From Calcarisporiella thermophila CBS 279.70 (Eukaryota > Fungi > Calcarisporiellomycota): a DNA stretch of 64,000 nucleotides. Numbering within the stretch: position 1 is the stretch's first letter; every line of letters starts with the position of its first letter. A model generated the notes under the pieces. It was not told the DNA's origin and did not search any database. It saw nothing but the letters and a program-made list of their open reading frames with translations. Below are positions 51,273-63,648 of this stretch, in pieces. Both the position numbers and the translations under genes were made by a program. The stretch is taken from positions 33,014 through 97,013 of the forward strand of contig NW_027192208.1 of assembly GCF_041956535.1 (NCBI RefSeq). The letters are read 5' to 3'.

Positions 51273-51905
51273 CTAGGAGGATGAGGAATTCATCAGGCCC
51301 CCTAGTTGGCCGATGAAGAACTCCTCCGTCGAGCTGCTTTCGTCTCCCAGCAACGATCGACGCAGTTCAAATAATGCTTCGTCGGTGGCATCGCCACTGA
51401 CATGTAACGCCGGCTCGGCAACAGCAACGCTCGTTGGTAGAAGTCCCCGTCGCTCTCTTCGAATGTCTCGCTCTAGTGCATCGAGGAAAAGTCGGTCGTG
51501 CGGTACAGAATACCAATAGTACACCCGCTGCCGTTTGAGGGTGCGAATACACTGATGCTGGTGTAGGAATTCCAATAACGGCGATCTCGTTTCTTCGAGG
51601 ACTGCATCCCTTTCAACCCGCAGTTGCCGCAGATCCGCGATGACCCCCTCCTCGAAGCGCTTCTGAAATGTGACTGGCCTACCGAAACATGCGAATCGCG
51701 AGTAAAGCGCACGCAAGATATCGGTGGTCGTGATGTGGAAGATGCTGTGCCAACAAACGCATGTGATGGTATCTCCTGTGGGAAGAGCAAGGCTGTTGTG
51801 GATTGGGGAAGTGGAGCTTGAAGTGATGGGGGCAGTGGCCAGAAAGTAACGGAGGGTAGATATGTGAGACAGCCGTTGATCCAGGGGCAACTGCGCAATG
51901 TTCAT
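51273..51905 (-). CDS. STE-domain (Ste12-like) protein, DNA-binding domain only
   Basis: LRYFLATAP, LPTGDTITCVCWH, FEEGVIADLRQL, CIRTLKRQRVYYWYSVPHDRLFLDALERDIRRE; about 210 aa, no introns seen. Confidence 0.88.
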   Translation of the reverse strand: MNIAQLPLDQRLSHISTLRYFLATAPITSSSTSPIHNSLALPTGDTITCVCWHSIFHITTTDILRALYSRFACFGRPVTFQKRFEEGVIADLRQLRVERDAVLEETRSPLLEFLHQHQCIRTLKRQRVYYWYSVPHDRLFLDALERDIRRERRGLLPTSVAVAEPALHVSGDATDEALFELRRSLLGDESSSTEEFFIGQLGGLMNSSSS

Positions 51906-52533
51906 TATACGACTAAGGAATGATAGGAATGAGAATGGGAAGGGTGAGAGAACGGAGGACGATGGATCACAAGGGCTAGAGGGAAGGCGTATGCTAAACA
52001 CAGCAGGCGGTTCTGCTAGGAGGGGACGGCGGGAAGAAAGGGAATTACGAGAGTAGTTTAAGAATTAGAGACCGAGAATAGGGGAAAGGCTTTGCCTTTC
52101 TTTAGAGTGCGCACGCACCATTGTCCGCTAGCGTAATACTGCCAGCCAGGCCGTACACTCTTTTAGGCGTGTTTCAGTGGGCTTCCCCTCCTTTGCCACC
52201 AAGGCCTGAATACCACGCTTCCGGGCAGAGCTGGCCGAGATTTTTGATCCCTCGCCCCCTCCAATCCAATCCGGCCCTGCAAGGCTTTGCAGTGCGGTTC
52301 CACGGAGTTGGTTTAAGGCTTCCGAATAGGATGGCTACAGTTTTACAGTATGGGGGATTGAGGTCATGGATTCAATTCAGGACTGAATTAAATTCTGGCC
52401 AATCGCGCTGCGAGCATTTTGATCTCTTGGTTCTTGGAAGATAGCTATAGAGGAATGGACGCCTTGTTTTGTTCTTTTCTTTCCATTAGTTCGCCATCAT
52501 TTTCCTATTCGCCCTAAATTTCCAATTTTTGCA

Positions 52534-55392
52534 ATGGCGGCACAAGGAACCAGTGCGGAGGCTCCAGGTTTGTGATGCTCTGCTTTTTCTCTATCTGTGT
52601 CGCTTATCTCTCTGCCTTTCCTTCCATTAGCTCTTAATTTGACGCCGCGACAGATCCACTATTTAAAGAAGGAGCTTCTCACCATACAACTCCAGAAGGA
52701 GATCCAGCAACTCCCTACGCTGCCCTCGTTAAAGTCGCTGCAATCCGCAAAGGATTCTCCTCTCCCTCTTCTCCAGTTCGTGTACTCGCATTTCGTCGTC
52801 ACATTTCCCTTCCTCACCGATGCCGAGAATGACTTTTGGGCAAAAATGGACATATTTATGGGGGAAATCAACAAGCGCCACCTGAGTACAACCTCAGAGA
52901 GAGAAGAAATGACAAAGCGACGAAAAATGATGCTGAAAGCAGAGAAGAGCCTTGTTCTGTTATTTAACGCGGCCATTAGAACGCCGGCGCAGGAAGAGTC
53001 GATACGCCCGCTAGATTTGATTGAGATTGGTGACGAATTGAATGGGGCTATGTTCCCTGGCGAGCTCGGAGATGCTGGCGCTGAAACCCTCGAAAAGTCA
53101 CGGCAAGGTAATGTAGTCAATGGCCTGGACATCAATGTGAGCGGTGTGCGGGAAATATACGTGAAGCGAACGGTGAGAGAACATCCTCACGCTGAGTTCC
53201 TAATCACCACGCGATTTGTTCCCGATAACCAGAAACCAGGCGATCCCGAGGTGGACTTGAACGCGTCGGCCCTCCCTCAGCCGAGCGAGCAATGTCAGGA
53301 GGTGGTGGTCGCTCGACGATTCGGTCAGTTCCGCGCCCTTCATGAAGCCCTCAAGCGTGAATATCCCACCGTTATTCTTCCCGCTCTGCCTCCAAAATCT
53401 CGCGAATATGCAGAACGACGTCCAGGACACTTTTACCGAGAGCGGGATCGTCTCTCCCTGCGATACTTCTTGCGCCGGCTCTCCGCCATTGAACGCGTCG
53501 CACGGTCCTCCACATTCATCCACTTTTTGACGGAGCACCCTTTGCGTCTGACCGAGGCGGAGCGTGAGGATGCCGAGCGCCGCGTAGAGATGGACCTCGC
53601 AAGGGTCAGGGAGGAGCAGCTTTTTCAACAGGAGCTCGATAAACGCATTCGCGACCTCAGCGAACAGCTGGATACCTTGAAACGCGAAATTTTGCAGCCG
53701 GGAGGACTCTCCAACTTCTTCCAAACCGTCCGGGGGACCCCGCAGCTGCGTAACCTTCCCCCCGGTTACCAAAAGGCATTTGAGTGGGGACGCATTAGCT
53801 TTGCGTCCACATTGCATTCGTTATTTGTCACCTCTGATGGAGCCGCAGAGAACCAGGCCATTCTCAAGCGGACGCATGGGCTAGTGCCTTATCGCGCGAT
53901 CGGAGCTCTCCTGAGAATATCGAACCCGCTTTCGATGATGAAGGGGGTCTTGGATTTGCTCTTGGCACAGCCTTTTGGGCAGAAAAGTTTGTTTCAGCGG
54001 TATGCTTTCCCCCTTTTTTTTGTCCTGTCAACACTCCTGTATTGGAATGAAGGATCCTAATCCCTCTTTCATGGTAGAATCGTGTTGGCCAATCTCAATG
54101 AGGAGACGCGCGAGATGCAGAAAGATATCGACGTCCTTGAGGCGCGCATCAACGATGTCTCGCTCTGCCTTAAAATTCGCAATGCTGCTTCAAAATTGAC
54201 GGGCACGGGTGAGGAGGTGAGGGGGGCGGAGCGCATCATTGCCATTCTACAGAACGAGGATATCGAGCCCCGGCTCACTGCTCAGCATGTTCTGCGCTTT
54301 GGAATGGCTCCCTCCAACCCCGAGGAGGAGAAGACGAGGAAGAGGCAGCTTCGCTGGATGCACCAGCTGTGGGTGCTGTACATCCGGAAGCGCGACCAGG
54401 AGCAGCTCATGCAGCTGGTGTTCCAGGGCATCACGGGGGAGCTTATTCGCGACCTTTTTGCCATCTTCTACCGCCCGCTGGCCCAGATCTACAAGTCGGC
54501 GAATATCAGCGATTTCCTGGTGGACGTGTCCAAGTTCATCGAGGATTTGATCCGATACTTGGACAGCATCGACATGGCCGAGACCGTGGACACCGTGCAG
54601 CCGCTCATTGAGCTGATCGAGCGGCACGAGCAGACCTTCTACTCGTTTATCCACGCGGTGCACCGGCAGGATCGCGAGATGCTCTTCGACCGCCTCATCA
54701 AGTGGATGGAGTGCATTTTGACCTTCTTGCGCGAGGGCCTAACGCACCCGCTGGACTTGAACGAGCTGATCGGTAAGCTGTCGGTGGAGGAGCGCGAGGC
54801 GCTGAGGCAGGAGGCGGAGGCGCTCTGTGAGCATCATGTGCGCCGCAAACGCTATCACCTTGAGAAGATGCGCCGCCGCGTTGCCGGTGAGGACTCGAGC
54901 ATGGCAGCGGTTCTGGGCAAGGAGCAGATGGTGACTGCGGTGAGTGGGGGCAGAGTCCAAGGCTTCGTCGACGATTTGGAGGAGATGGAGTTTGTGGACG
55001 ACGAGACCAGCGAGGAGAGCTGGAGCGAGGGGAGCGGCTGGAGCGAAGAGGAGTCTTGGGACATTGGGGACGGACTGAGCGACACGGACGAGACTAGCGA
55101 TGCGTCGGAAGAGGCGGAGGAGATGCAGAAGGACGTCGGTGGAGGATTGAAGGCAGAGGCGGAAGACGCAAAAGGAAAGCGACCCCACCGGGTTAGCGCG
55201 GATGGACTGGTGCCCCCCGGCGGTCCACTCGCCATCGAAGTTGAGCGGAGACGTAGGCGCCGTGAGCGCTTGCGACTGAATAAGGCGGCCAAGCGTGCTA
55301 AGGAGCAGCTTCTTCGGAAGCCCGACCTGCGCGTACTTCCACAACTGGTTCCCGGGTTCGTTGCAAGGGTGGTGGAGGCCCTTCCCCGTTGA
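52534..55392 (+). CDS. PX-domain protein (YPR097W/Lec1-like; PXB-PX-DUF3818)
   Basis: LTPRQIHYLKKEL, FVVTFPFL, VARRFGQFRALHEALKREYP, YRERDRLSLRYFL, MMKGVLDLLLAQPFGQKSLFQR and IFYRPLAQIYKSANI. Confidence 0.88.
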
Positions 55393-55989
55393 GTTTAGAC
55401 CTTAGACCAAGGATACATATGCGTGTATATATACATATCTTTCCTCTACTACTCTTATTTATTCGATATACTCTATACTCGAACCTATAATGATTCTTTC
55501 TTGATGATTTGATTTGCCATATATATATATTTTTTTTTACCGGATTTACTACATTCAATTACACATTTCGTCTTTATTACATTCAAATGTCATCTCCATC
55601 TCGAACTCTGCTGGAGTTCTACCTATGACCTCTCTCCAACTTTGTCAATAACCTCCACGCTTTCGAATTGAAATCACTTGTTTAATAAAATTGCCTAATC
55701 GCAGGGCCTCTGTTTGGCGCTCTTCAACCCATTAGGGGTTTCCATTGACTGTATCTCAAAGGAATCAAGGCAATGCTCGGCTTCCCTTCTAAAAGAAGCC
55801 TTCATATTCCAGCCACAAAGCGATCCCGGCGATCTCGAGGGAGAGAAATACTGACATGGTTGCCTTCTTGTTGATAGCATGACTGCTGTAGTTCCTTGTC
55901 GTCTCCATTGGTTCTCGACACTGACTTCTCGATGCCGTTATTTTGACTAAAACTGGATCTCCACCATGGTCACTTAAATTGGCCTGGGG

Positions 55990-57965
55990 TTAGGTTAACG
56001 ATTCGTTTGATGAGAGCAATATCCGAAGACGCTCCACTCTCCTCTGCAGCTTCTCGTGTAAAGGAAGCCGTTGGGGCACCTGCTCGTAAACCGCCTTCAC
56101 CACTTTCTCGAACCGCTTACGTGCCTCGGTGGTTTCGCCCATCTTGTGGCGCGGGTCGAGGACGAAATCCAACACATCCATGGCCGCTAGAAGAGAAGCC
56201 CCCGACTTGGTAAGCCCGCAGCGCGAGCCCCAGCCAAGCCGCGTAGTGATGAGATCGATGATTCGATACGCTGCCGGTATGCACATTGCCCCCGGGATCT
56301 TCTTCCCGTCCTCGAGCGGGTTCTCGGCAAAAAAAAGGCGGATGGCGGGGAGGCAAAACTCGATGCAGCTGCCAAGAACATCCAGCTCCAGAAAGATGGC
56401 CAGCTTGGTACTTTCAGGCGCCTCCTCGTCCTCCTTCAAAGATCCTACTCGTAAAGCCGGTGGCCTTTTGTTGACAAGTTCCCTCAGCTCGCGCTCCGCT
56501 TCACTGGCCAGCTCATACACGTCCACGCCTTTCGCTCGCCTCATGATCAAGCAGCGTAGAATGTTGTACAGCCATCCCCGCTGCACCGCGCACTCCACCC
56601 GCAGCGACTCCAAGGGGGTTTCGTGCGGAAGGGGGCGCGGGCGGCTCTCTTCGCGAAATTCTCCGGGAAGCGTGTCGGGCGATTTCATCAGCATGAAATG
56701 CTCATGCTCCACCAGCAGCACCATCCATGCAGCGCGCCGGAACGCTTCCTCCGAGTGCGTATCGTTCCGAGAATCTGAGCGGGAGTAGGCCAACAAATTG
56801 ATATGCTGCCGGGCCAAAAAGATGTAGAACGGGTATCCTTTCTCCATGCGAGAGCGGGTATAAAGCAAGCAGAGGCCCATGACGGAATTCAGGCTTGGCC
56901 TATCGAATATTTCCTCCTAATAGCATTCGGGGTATTGAGCGAGAGGTGCCAGTCAGCCACAAGGAAAATAGCAAGAGAGGGAGAGGGAGAGAGAGTTACT
57001 TACAAGCAATTGCTTTGCAGACTCATCCGCCTGTCTTGCAATCACCCCTCTATAACAAGGCGCGACTTTCTCGTGCTCGGTGTGTGCATGATACACGGTC
57101 CACGCCAGGGCGGCCGCCTGCACGAATGGGTCCAGTTTTCCCGTCCAAAAGTGGAGCATAAATTCGGTCTCATTGCAGAGGTAGCCGACCATGTAGTGAC
57201 ACTGCAGGAAGGTGGCAAGGAGGTCGGCCGTCTCGTTCGTCAGGTCGTAGGGTGTTTGGGGCTGAGAAGGGGGAGGGCAAGTCTGAAGGAGCTGGCGATA
57301 GAACGCCAAGCGGTGGGTTGCGGTATACCAGTTGTAGATGAGCTGCGGCGAGGAGCGAGGCCGCGAGGCCCCGTTGTTTTCCCGCGGACTTGGGGAGGAT
57401 TCGGGAGACTCGGCGGGGTCCTGCAAGGTAATGGATCTAAGCTGGTCCACCAGCTCACCCACAGACCCAGAGCGCACCCATATGCTCCATCCACTTTCGG
57501 TTCGTTTCACATGCCATCCCTCCGGGACCTTAATCAGTGCTTCTCCACTGCCAAGTGTCGGCATCCGCATCGACCAGAGCGGTACCCGCGCGATCAGCTC
57601 CTGCTCAAGCACACGGAGCCGTCTGCGCACTTGCCCAATGTTGTGCTGAAAGTACCACAGGACGAATTTGGCCTCCTCATTCAGGGTTGGGTAGGTGCAT
57701 GCTGCCGACGTCTTAAGACAATTGCGGCAGGAGGGACGGAGCATGTCACAATGTAGCTGTTTTCGTGGTATATAATGTTAGCATCAGAAGGAGAGAGCCG
57801 CCATCTCCATGGCCTAGCCCATGTCAGGCGGGGGAGAAAGACCAACATGCTTACCTTGGCTTCCCGGCAGCGAATGCATAATCGCATCCGGGAAAACGGC
57901 GAGATGCCTCTGGCGTTTTTGCCACGGCCGGGCTTTGTGGGCACTAGACTCCAGCAAACTTCCAT
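55990..57965 (-). CDS. Zn(II)2Cys6 transcription factor (copy 2)
   Basis: CIRCREAK|LHCDMLRPSCRNCLKTSAACTY (intron 57854-57757) and a second intron joining QLL|EEIFDRPS. Confidence 0.85.
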
Positions 57966-58349
57966 GGGGAGAGGGGGGAGGAATGCAAACTCGAGCATCT
58001 ATTTTAAGGGACATCCCGTCCAAGCCACCTCTTTTAATTAAGCTTATGTGACAAGTTTCCCAGAACATGATTAAAGGAGACACACGACCAGAACAGAGGA
58101 GAAGGAGAGGAGAGCAGGCGATTAAGCTCGGCTCCTCGTGCGCAGAGCTTCCTAGGGAAGGCACACCGATGCACACGCTGCAAAGATCCTTCTCCTGAAC
58201 CTTGCACGAATATGGACTGGCGCGCCAATCCATGAGGAAACCTTCTCGCCCTGCCCCACTTCTCTCCTTTAGGGTTCACAAAATTCGGCCTTTTCTTACG
58301 CAACCCGCAGAACCCAAACGCGCGCGCTCCTGCTGCACCTCCCTTCGGG

Positions 58350-58659
58350 TCAGAACGCCATCATCCCGGCCACCACCACCGCCAGTGCGCCCACGGCCGT
58401 CGAGGCGTACATTTCGCCCGCAGCGTTCATCTTCTCGCTCGCATCACTGGAGCCGTGCGCAGTCTTGGGCTCTCGCGGCCCTGCGCGGGAGTAAGCTCGC
58501 TCTTGTGCTGCCGGCATGGGGGGAGGCATTTGACGTCAGCAAGGCCGCATTGTGCATGATCTTGCGATGCTGATCATATGGGGAGATCTTAGTGCCTGAG
58601 GCGACGCATATGAGCCAACAGGCGAGGGCGAGCACGAAGAGCTGGTATCGCTGTTTCAT
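58350..58659 (-). CDS. Small putative GPI-anchored protein (73 aa)
   Basis: Signal exon 58659-58596, putative GC-AG intron 58595-58508 with a CTGAC branch site, and an exon ending ..NAAGEMYASTAVGALAVVVAGMMAF* (GPI-signal-like). Confidence 0.55.
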
Positions 58660-59235
58660 GGCCAAGTCAAACACCACCAGTCTATGAAAGCAAAAGCGAC
58701 GTATCGAGGGCTGTCTGCAGTGGAGAGCGATGTTATGGAAGGGAATTTCGAATGTGACTAGGAATTCATGTCTGGTCCACTGGTGCAACTTATTCTGTTT
58801 GTTTTTGGAATCGAGCCGTTAGTGGCTAAATCGGATCAAATGAAAATCCTCTACCCTACTAAGGATGTCAAATAAAAGCTTATTCATTCTCTCGAGAATC
58901 TTAAAATTGCAGTGCAGAGGGAAAAAAAAAAGAGAGTATTAAGAGACAAAAAGGAAAAGAAAGGAAAGGAAAGCCAAGGGGAAAAGGAATGGAAAAGCGA
59001 ATAAATAGGATCCAAATGATGAAATAAGGTATTCATTTAATAATGAGGTAGGTACTTTAAAAACATTCAAGAGCCATTATAGCGTATGTATATATGTATA
59101 TATAGAGAAAGAGAGGGTTTTCTAGACAACACTATTCACTTAATAAGCATCACTCAAATGCACAAAAAAAAAATAAAATAAAATAGAATAGAAAGATAGG
59201 AAAACATCTAAATGGAGTTGAACAAGAAAAAGAAA

Positions 59236-62200
59236 TTACTTTTTGTCCGCCCACTGTCTAAACTCCTCCTCGCCTTCGAAATACATCTCCTCCTTATTAT
59301 TCATCGCCAGCGGAGCGGGCCAGAGGTGACTTTTATCGTCCTCCGCTCCCCGCTCCTTTTTGGCTCCACCGGTCTCATGGCTATCCACCACAGGCTTGGG
59401 TTTTTCCTGCCCATGGTTGACGTCGCTCTGCAGCTTGGCGACCACGCCCGCCGCTTTCTCCTCGGGCTGATCCTTAGGCTGTGGGTGACTATCGTCCTCA
59501 TCGTGGTCGTCGGCGAAGTGAACGGTGAGCCGCGACTTGGGCTTGGGCTTCTCCGTCTTCTGCTCTACCTTGTATTCCTCGTGGCCCTCATGCCCCTCCA
59601 TTCCTCCCATGGAATGGTGCATGGGGTCACTCTCCAAGTGGCGCTCCCACGGATCCGGATGCGTGTCGGGACTCATTAGGGCAGAGTCTCCCTCCTCATC
59701 CTCGTCCTCATCCTCATCCGCCTCGCCACCATAGGCATCCGACACGAAGTAGTCCTCCACAAACTGCGACACCGTCGCCTGCTTCTTGATTCGGAGCTGC
59801 ATGGATCGCCTATCCAGCTCCAAGTTCTCCTTCTCCGCCCGAAGGTCCGCAATCATGAGCTCGAGCTCCGCCTTCTCTTCTTCCGTCTGCTCGGCCTCTC
59901 TCCGCGCGGTGTCCCGCTCGCGCTCGATACGAGCAAGGTTCGCCTCGGACTCTTTCACGCGCTGCTCGAGGAAACGCATCTCCCGCTCCAAGCGCTGAAC
60001 GGTGTCCTCAGCGGCCTTTTTGGCGCCCTCTGCCGAATCCAGTTCGTCCTCAAGTTGGCGCACCTTCTTCTCCAGGTCGCCTCGCTCAGTCTCCATCTCC
60101 TGCTTGCGCTGGTCGAGACCTTGCCTGAGGTGCTGAACAGTAGCTTCGTGCTCTTGGAGCAATCGGCGCGCCTCATCCAGCTCCCGCTCCAGAGTAATCC
60201 GCTCCTCCTCACTCTCGTCCCGCTCCCGGTCGGCATTCTCCTTCGCCCACTCTAATTCACGCGCTTTCTTGACGAGCTCCTGCTCGAGCTCTCGCACATG
60301 CAGCTCCATCTCCTGCAGTTTTTCGGAGCGGTCTCGCGAATCTTGCTCCACCGCCTCGCGGGCCCATTGCACCTCCTTGGCCTTTTCCTCCACCTCGCGC
60401 TCCAACTCGCTTACTCGCGCCTCCAGCCCCTTGATCCGCTCCTCCTGCGTCTGGGCCGCCTCTTCGCGCTCCAACTCCATATCCCGGCTCTTTCGCTCCA
60501 ACTTCTCCTCTAGCTCGCTGACCAGGTGCTCCAGCTCCTCCACGCGCTCGAGCGCCAACCGCCGCGCCTCCTCCAGCCGGCTCATCTCTTTCTCATTCTC
60601 CTCCATGATTCTACCCTTCTCGGACATGGCACGCTCCAAATCAGCGATAACGCCCCGAAGCTGCCGGCTTTCCACCGTGAGATCTTCATGACGTTGGCGA
60701 GTAGAGATGTGCTCAGCGAGACGGGCCTCAAACTGCCTCTTGAGCTCTTGGAGCTCGGCAGAATGCTTTTGCTCCAGAGCGGCCAGATCGTCCTGCGCCG
60801 CAAGATCACTGTCGGAAATCGCACGATGGAACGAGTCGATCTCGGTCTCAAGCTCCTCAAAGTTTCGCTTAAGGATATCCCGTAGCCTCTCCGAGGAGGC
60901 TTTAAGGGCGGCAGCGTCGCTCTTCCGGACGAGCCCCGAGCGCTTCTCAAGTCCATCGTCATTCAGTGCGGGGGAGGAAATGGAGACCGGGGAGGTGGTT
61001 ATGGGGGAGTTTGGCTGTGCATTGGCAAGCAGCATCTGGTGGACAGCCTCCAGCCTCTCCACCACGTTTCCGCTACCATTCATGCCACTCTCGGATCCCG
61101 AATAGGACTGGACGCCACTGTCCGGTCGACTGCCCCTCAACTCCTCGCCCAGATTCCCTCCACGCGATCTCGGCTTCTCTAGCGCCACCTCCATCATCGA
61201 TAATTTATCCTGCACCTGGTGCTCGATGCGGCGCTTATCCTCTAATTCCTGGAGCCGGCCGCGGAATTCGAGGGCGGTGGCGTGGAGGAGGCGTTCAAGG
61301 CGGGCAATCTGATCGACGAGAGGCGTCGCCTTGTTCGCCATGTCTTCCGCTTGCTGCTGGGAGTTGGCCAAGTACTCACAGGCTTCCTTGAGCGACGGCA
61401 CGGAATCAAGCACACCCTCTTGGACCGCCTTGACAAGCTTCTCGTCCACCGCGATCGGTTCCTTTCTAACGGGTGCCGCGTCCTTAGTGCGTGCGCTCTC
61501 TTCCGAGGTCTCGCGCGGAGGCGTGCCTTGTCGCTGCTTCTCGAGATGTTCCCGCTCTTGCTCTCGGTGGTGCTCCATCTCCGCATCTCGGAGACGTTCC
61601 AGCAGCTTTTTATTGGCTTCGTCGAGCTTTCGCATCCCGACGTTCATAATGCCTGCGGTGTGCTCCAGATACTTCCGCTGCACCTCGACTAGGCGAGCAT
61701 TGGCATGCCAAAGCTCAGTGGCAATCCCGCGCAAGCGAGTGTTGATTTCGTCGATTTCTTGCTCTGCTTGCGCTGCTGCCTGTTTGTACGACTTTTTCGA
61801 TTGGCCTGCATGCATCTGGAGGATGGACTGGGCGCTGTGGAGGGAGCGGGTCTCGCGGGACTGGGATTCGGTGAGGTCAGCAATACGCTGCTGAAGATGC
61901 CGGATTTCCTATGGTTCAAATAAGCCAGAGATCGGGTTCATCAGCAGAACTTCGGGCGATCTTGTCGCTGAATGATTCATTACCTTTTTATACTCTTCAA
62001 CGTCCGTCATGACGCCGAATTCTCTTGACTCGATCACGGCGCGACTGATCAGTTGATGGACAATGCGGGGGTCCATGGAGGCATTGGCTTGACCGGGCGT
62101 CATTATTCCTCCGATTCTCACCTTTCCGTCAGGGGAAGATTGCTGTGAACCATGCTGCGTTGGATGGGAAGGGGCGGGGTTGTGTGCCTGCGATGCTATA

Positions 62201-63648
62201 TACTTGTGGTCACCCGAGGTGTGTTTGTCGGGCAAGTGCGGCGGAGGGGATGACGGCATAAAAGTATTCGATCGAGAACCCTCGTTGAGGTTAGAGGTGC
62301 GCTCACTTGGGAAGGTATATTGGGTAGGGGGTGGTGAAGTGGGCGGACTCATCATGATTGCGCTGCCCGCCGTATTCCGTGCAGAACCAGGCGCCGACGG
62401 GGGGCTTATCGGTCGATCGCCCGTCATTGCGGAGGTCGGAGCCCTACCTCCGGTTGCCAAATCGCTCGTACGTAGGTTGGTATTCACTCCTTTATTCACT
62501 TCCTCGGTTTGCCAGCCAGACCCTGGCTCTCTCTCGCCCCATCGGGCAGGTTGCGGCTGCTGGAGGGGTTGTGGTAGAGGTTGTTGCGGCGGGCGCTCGT
62601 AGGCCGAAGTTGAGCTCGAAGAGCTTGCCCACGATGCAGAGGAGGGCTGGCCCGATGGCTGTTGTCCCGGTGGGTCACCGCCATCTGAGTCGCGCGGGTT
62701 GTTGTCCCTGCGCGAGTCCTGGAACGCCGATGAGACAACGCTCATGAGCGAGGGCTGATCGGGAAAGTCGGCATAGGCAAGATGCAGCGGGCCATTGCCT
62801 GCAGCGCCAGCAGGTTTGTTGTACTCGCCAGCCAGCTGACGAGCACCCTGCTCCGCTCCCGGTTGAGGCGGTAGCCCATTTAGGGCGTTGGATCTTGGGA
62901 TATCTCCGGTATACAGGGGGTGGCCCGGCGGGGGCGGCGAAATTCCCCTCTGGCCGCCCACGCCGAACACCACGTCTCTATCTCTTCCACGCGCTTCTTC
63001 GTCGCCTACGCTACGATAGGGATTCCGGTAACGCTCGCGTTCCCCGGTGATCTCGCGGCCGAATTCTCCTTGGGTGGGCGATCCCATAGCGCCGCCATCG
63101 TATCTCAGGGTTCCTGAGCGGCCGGGCGGTGATATGGAACGCTGTGCGGCGCTCGAAAAGCCATCTCCGCGGTCGTAGCCAATTCCGGCATTGCCACCCG
63201 AGGGAGGGGAGAGAGATCGCTGGGCGGCAGAGAAATTCCCATTATATTTCTCGTAGCCAGCACCGCCCTTGCCAGGCGGGGAGAAGGAGCGCTGCGCGGC
63301 AGTTCCCCTCTCAGGACTCGCGCCGGTCCTCTCTCTCCAGCCTCCGTGTTCACCGGCCATCATTCCTGCTCCGTTGGTTGGGCTGTGAGGGGGCACCGCA
63401 TCTGAGTTTCCCCGCTCTTGCGAGGCGGCCCGTTTGGTGCCGTCAGAATCGCCGGAGGAACGGTTCTCATTTCGTTTATCCGCGGCACGGCGCAGGGAGT
63501 CGCTCCGCTGGGGAAGCCATGCGAGCTTGTGGGCGGGCTTGCGCTCTTCATTATAATTGTTGTTGTTATTATTGTTGTTGTTGTTGGGGCTGCGGGCCCA
63601 GCGGTCATCACCGCTAGAGGATGGGGAGATTGAATACTGCGATGACAT
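59236..63648 (-). CDS. Uds1 (up-regulated during septation)-domain long coiled-coil protein
   Basis: LISRAVIESREFGVMTDVEEYKK|EIRHLQQRI..ELWHANARLVEVQRKYLEHTAGIM matches the Uds1 pattern. Low-complexity N-terminus and a long E/R/K heptad C-terminus. Confidence 0.75.
63556..63585 (-). repeat. AAC/AAT microsatellite encoding poly-Asn (10)
   Basis: (GTT/ATT)10 on the plus strand. Confidence 0.9.

Noticed and set aside
25318-51905. STE23 plus STE12-like gene read as a mating-type locus
   Set aside because: They are over 20 kb apart among housekeeping genes. No HMG (sexP/sexM), homeodomain, pheromone or receptor genes were seen.
58444-58446. TGA followed by a continuing open frame (possible selenocysteine or readthrough)
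   Set aside because: The readthrough product has no redox motif. The alternative frame gives a convincing GPI signal.
52659-63633. Many long overlapping or antisense ORFs (e.g. 56803-57756 +, 53200-53817 -, 61331-61894 +)
   Set aside because: Shadow ORFs expected opposite GC-rich coding sequence.
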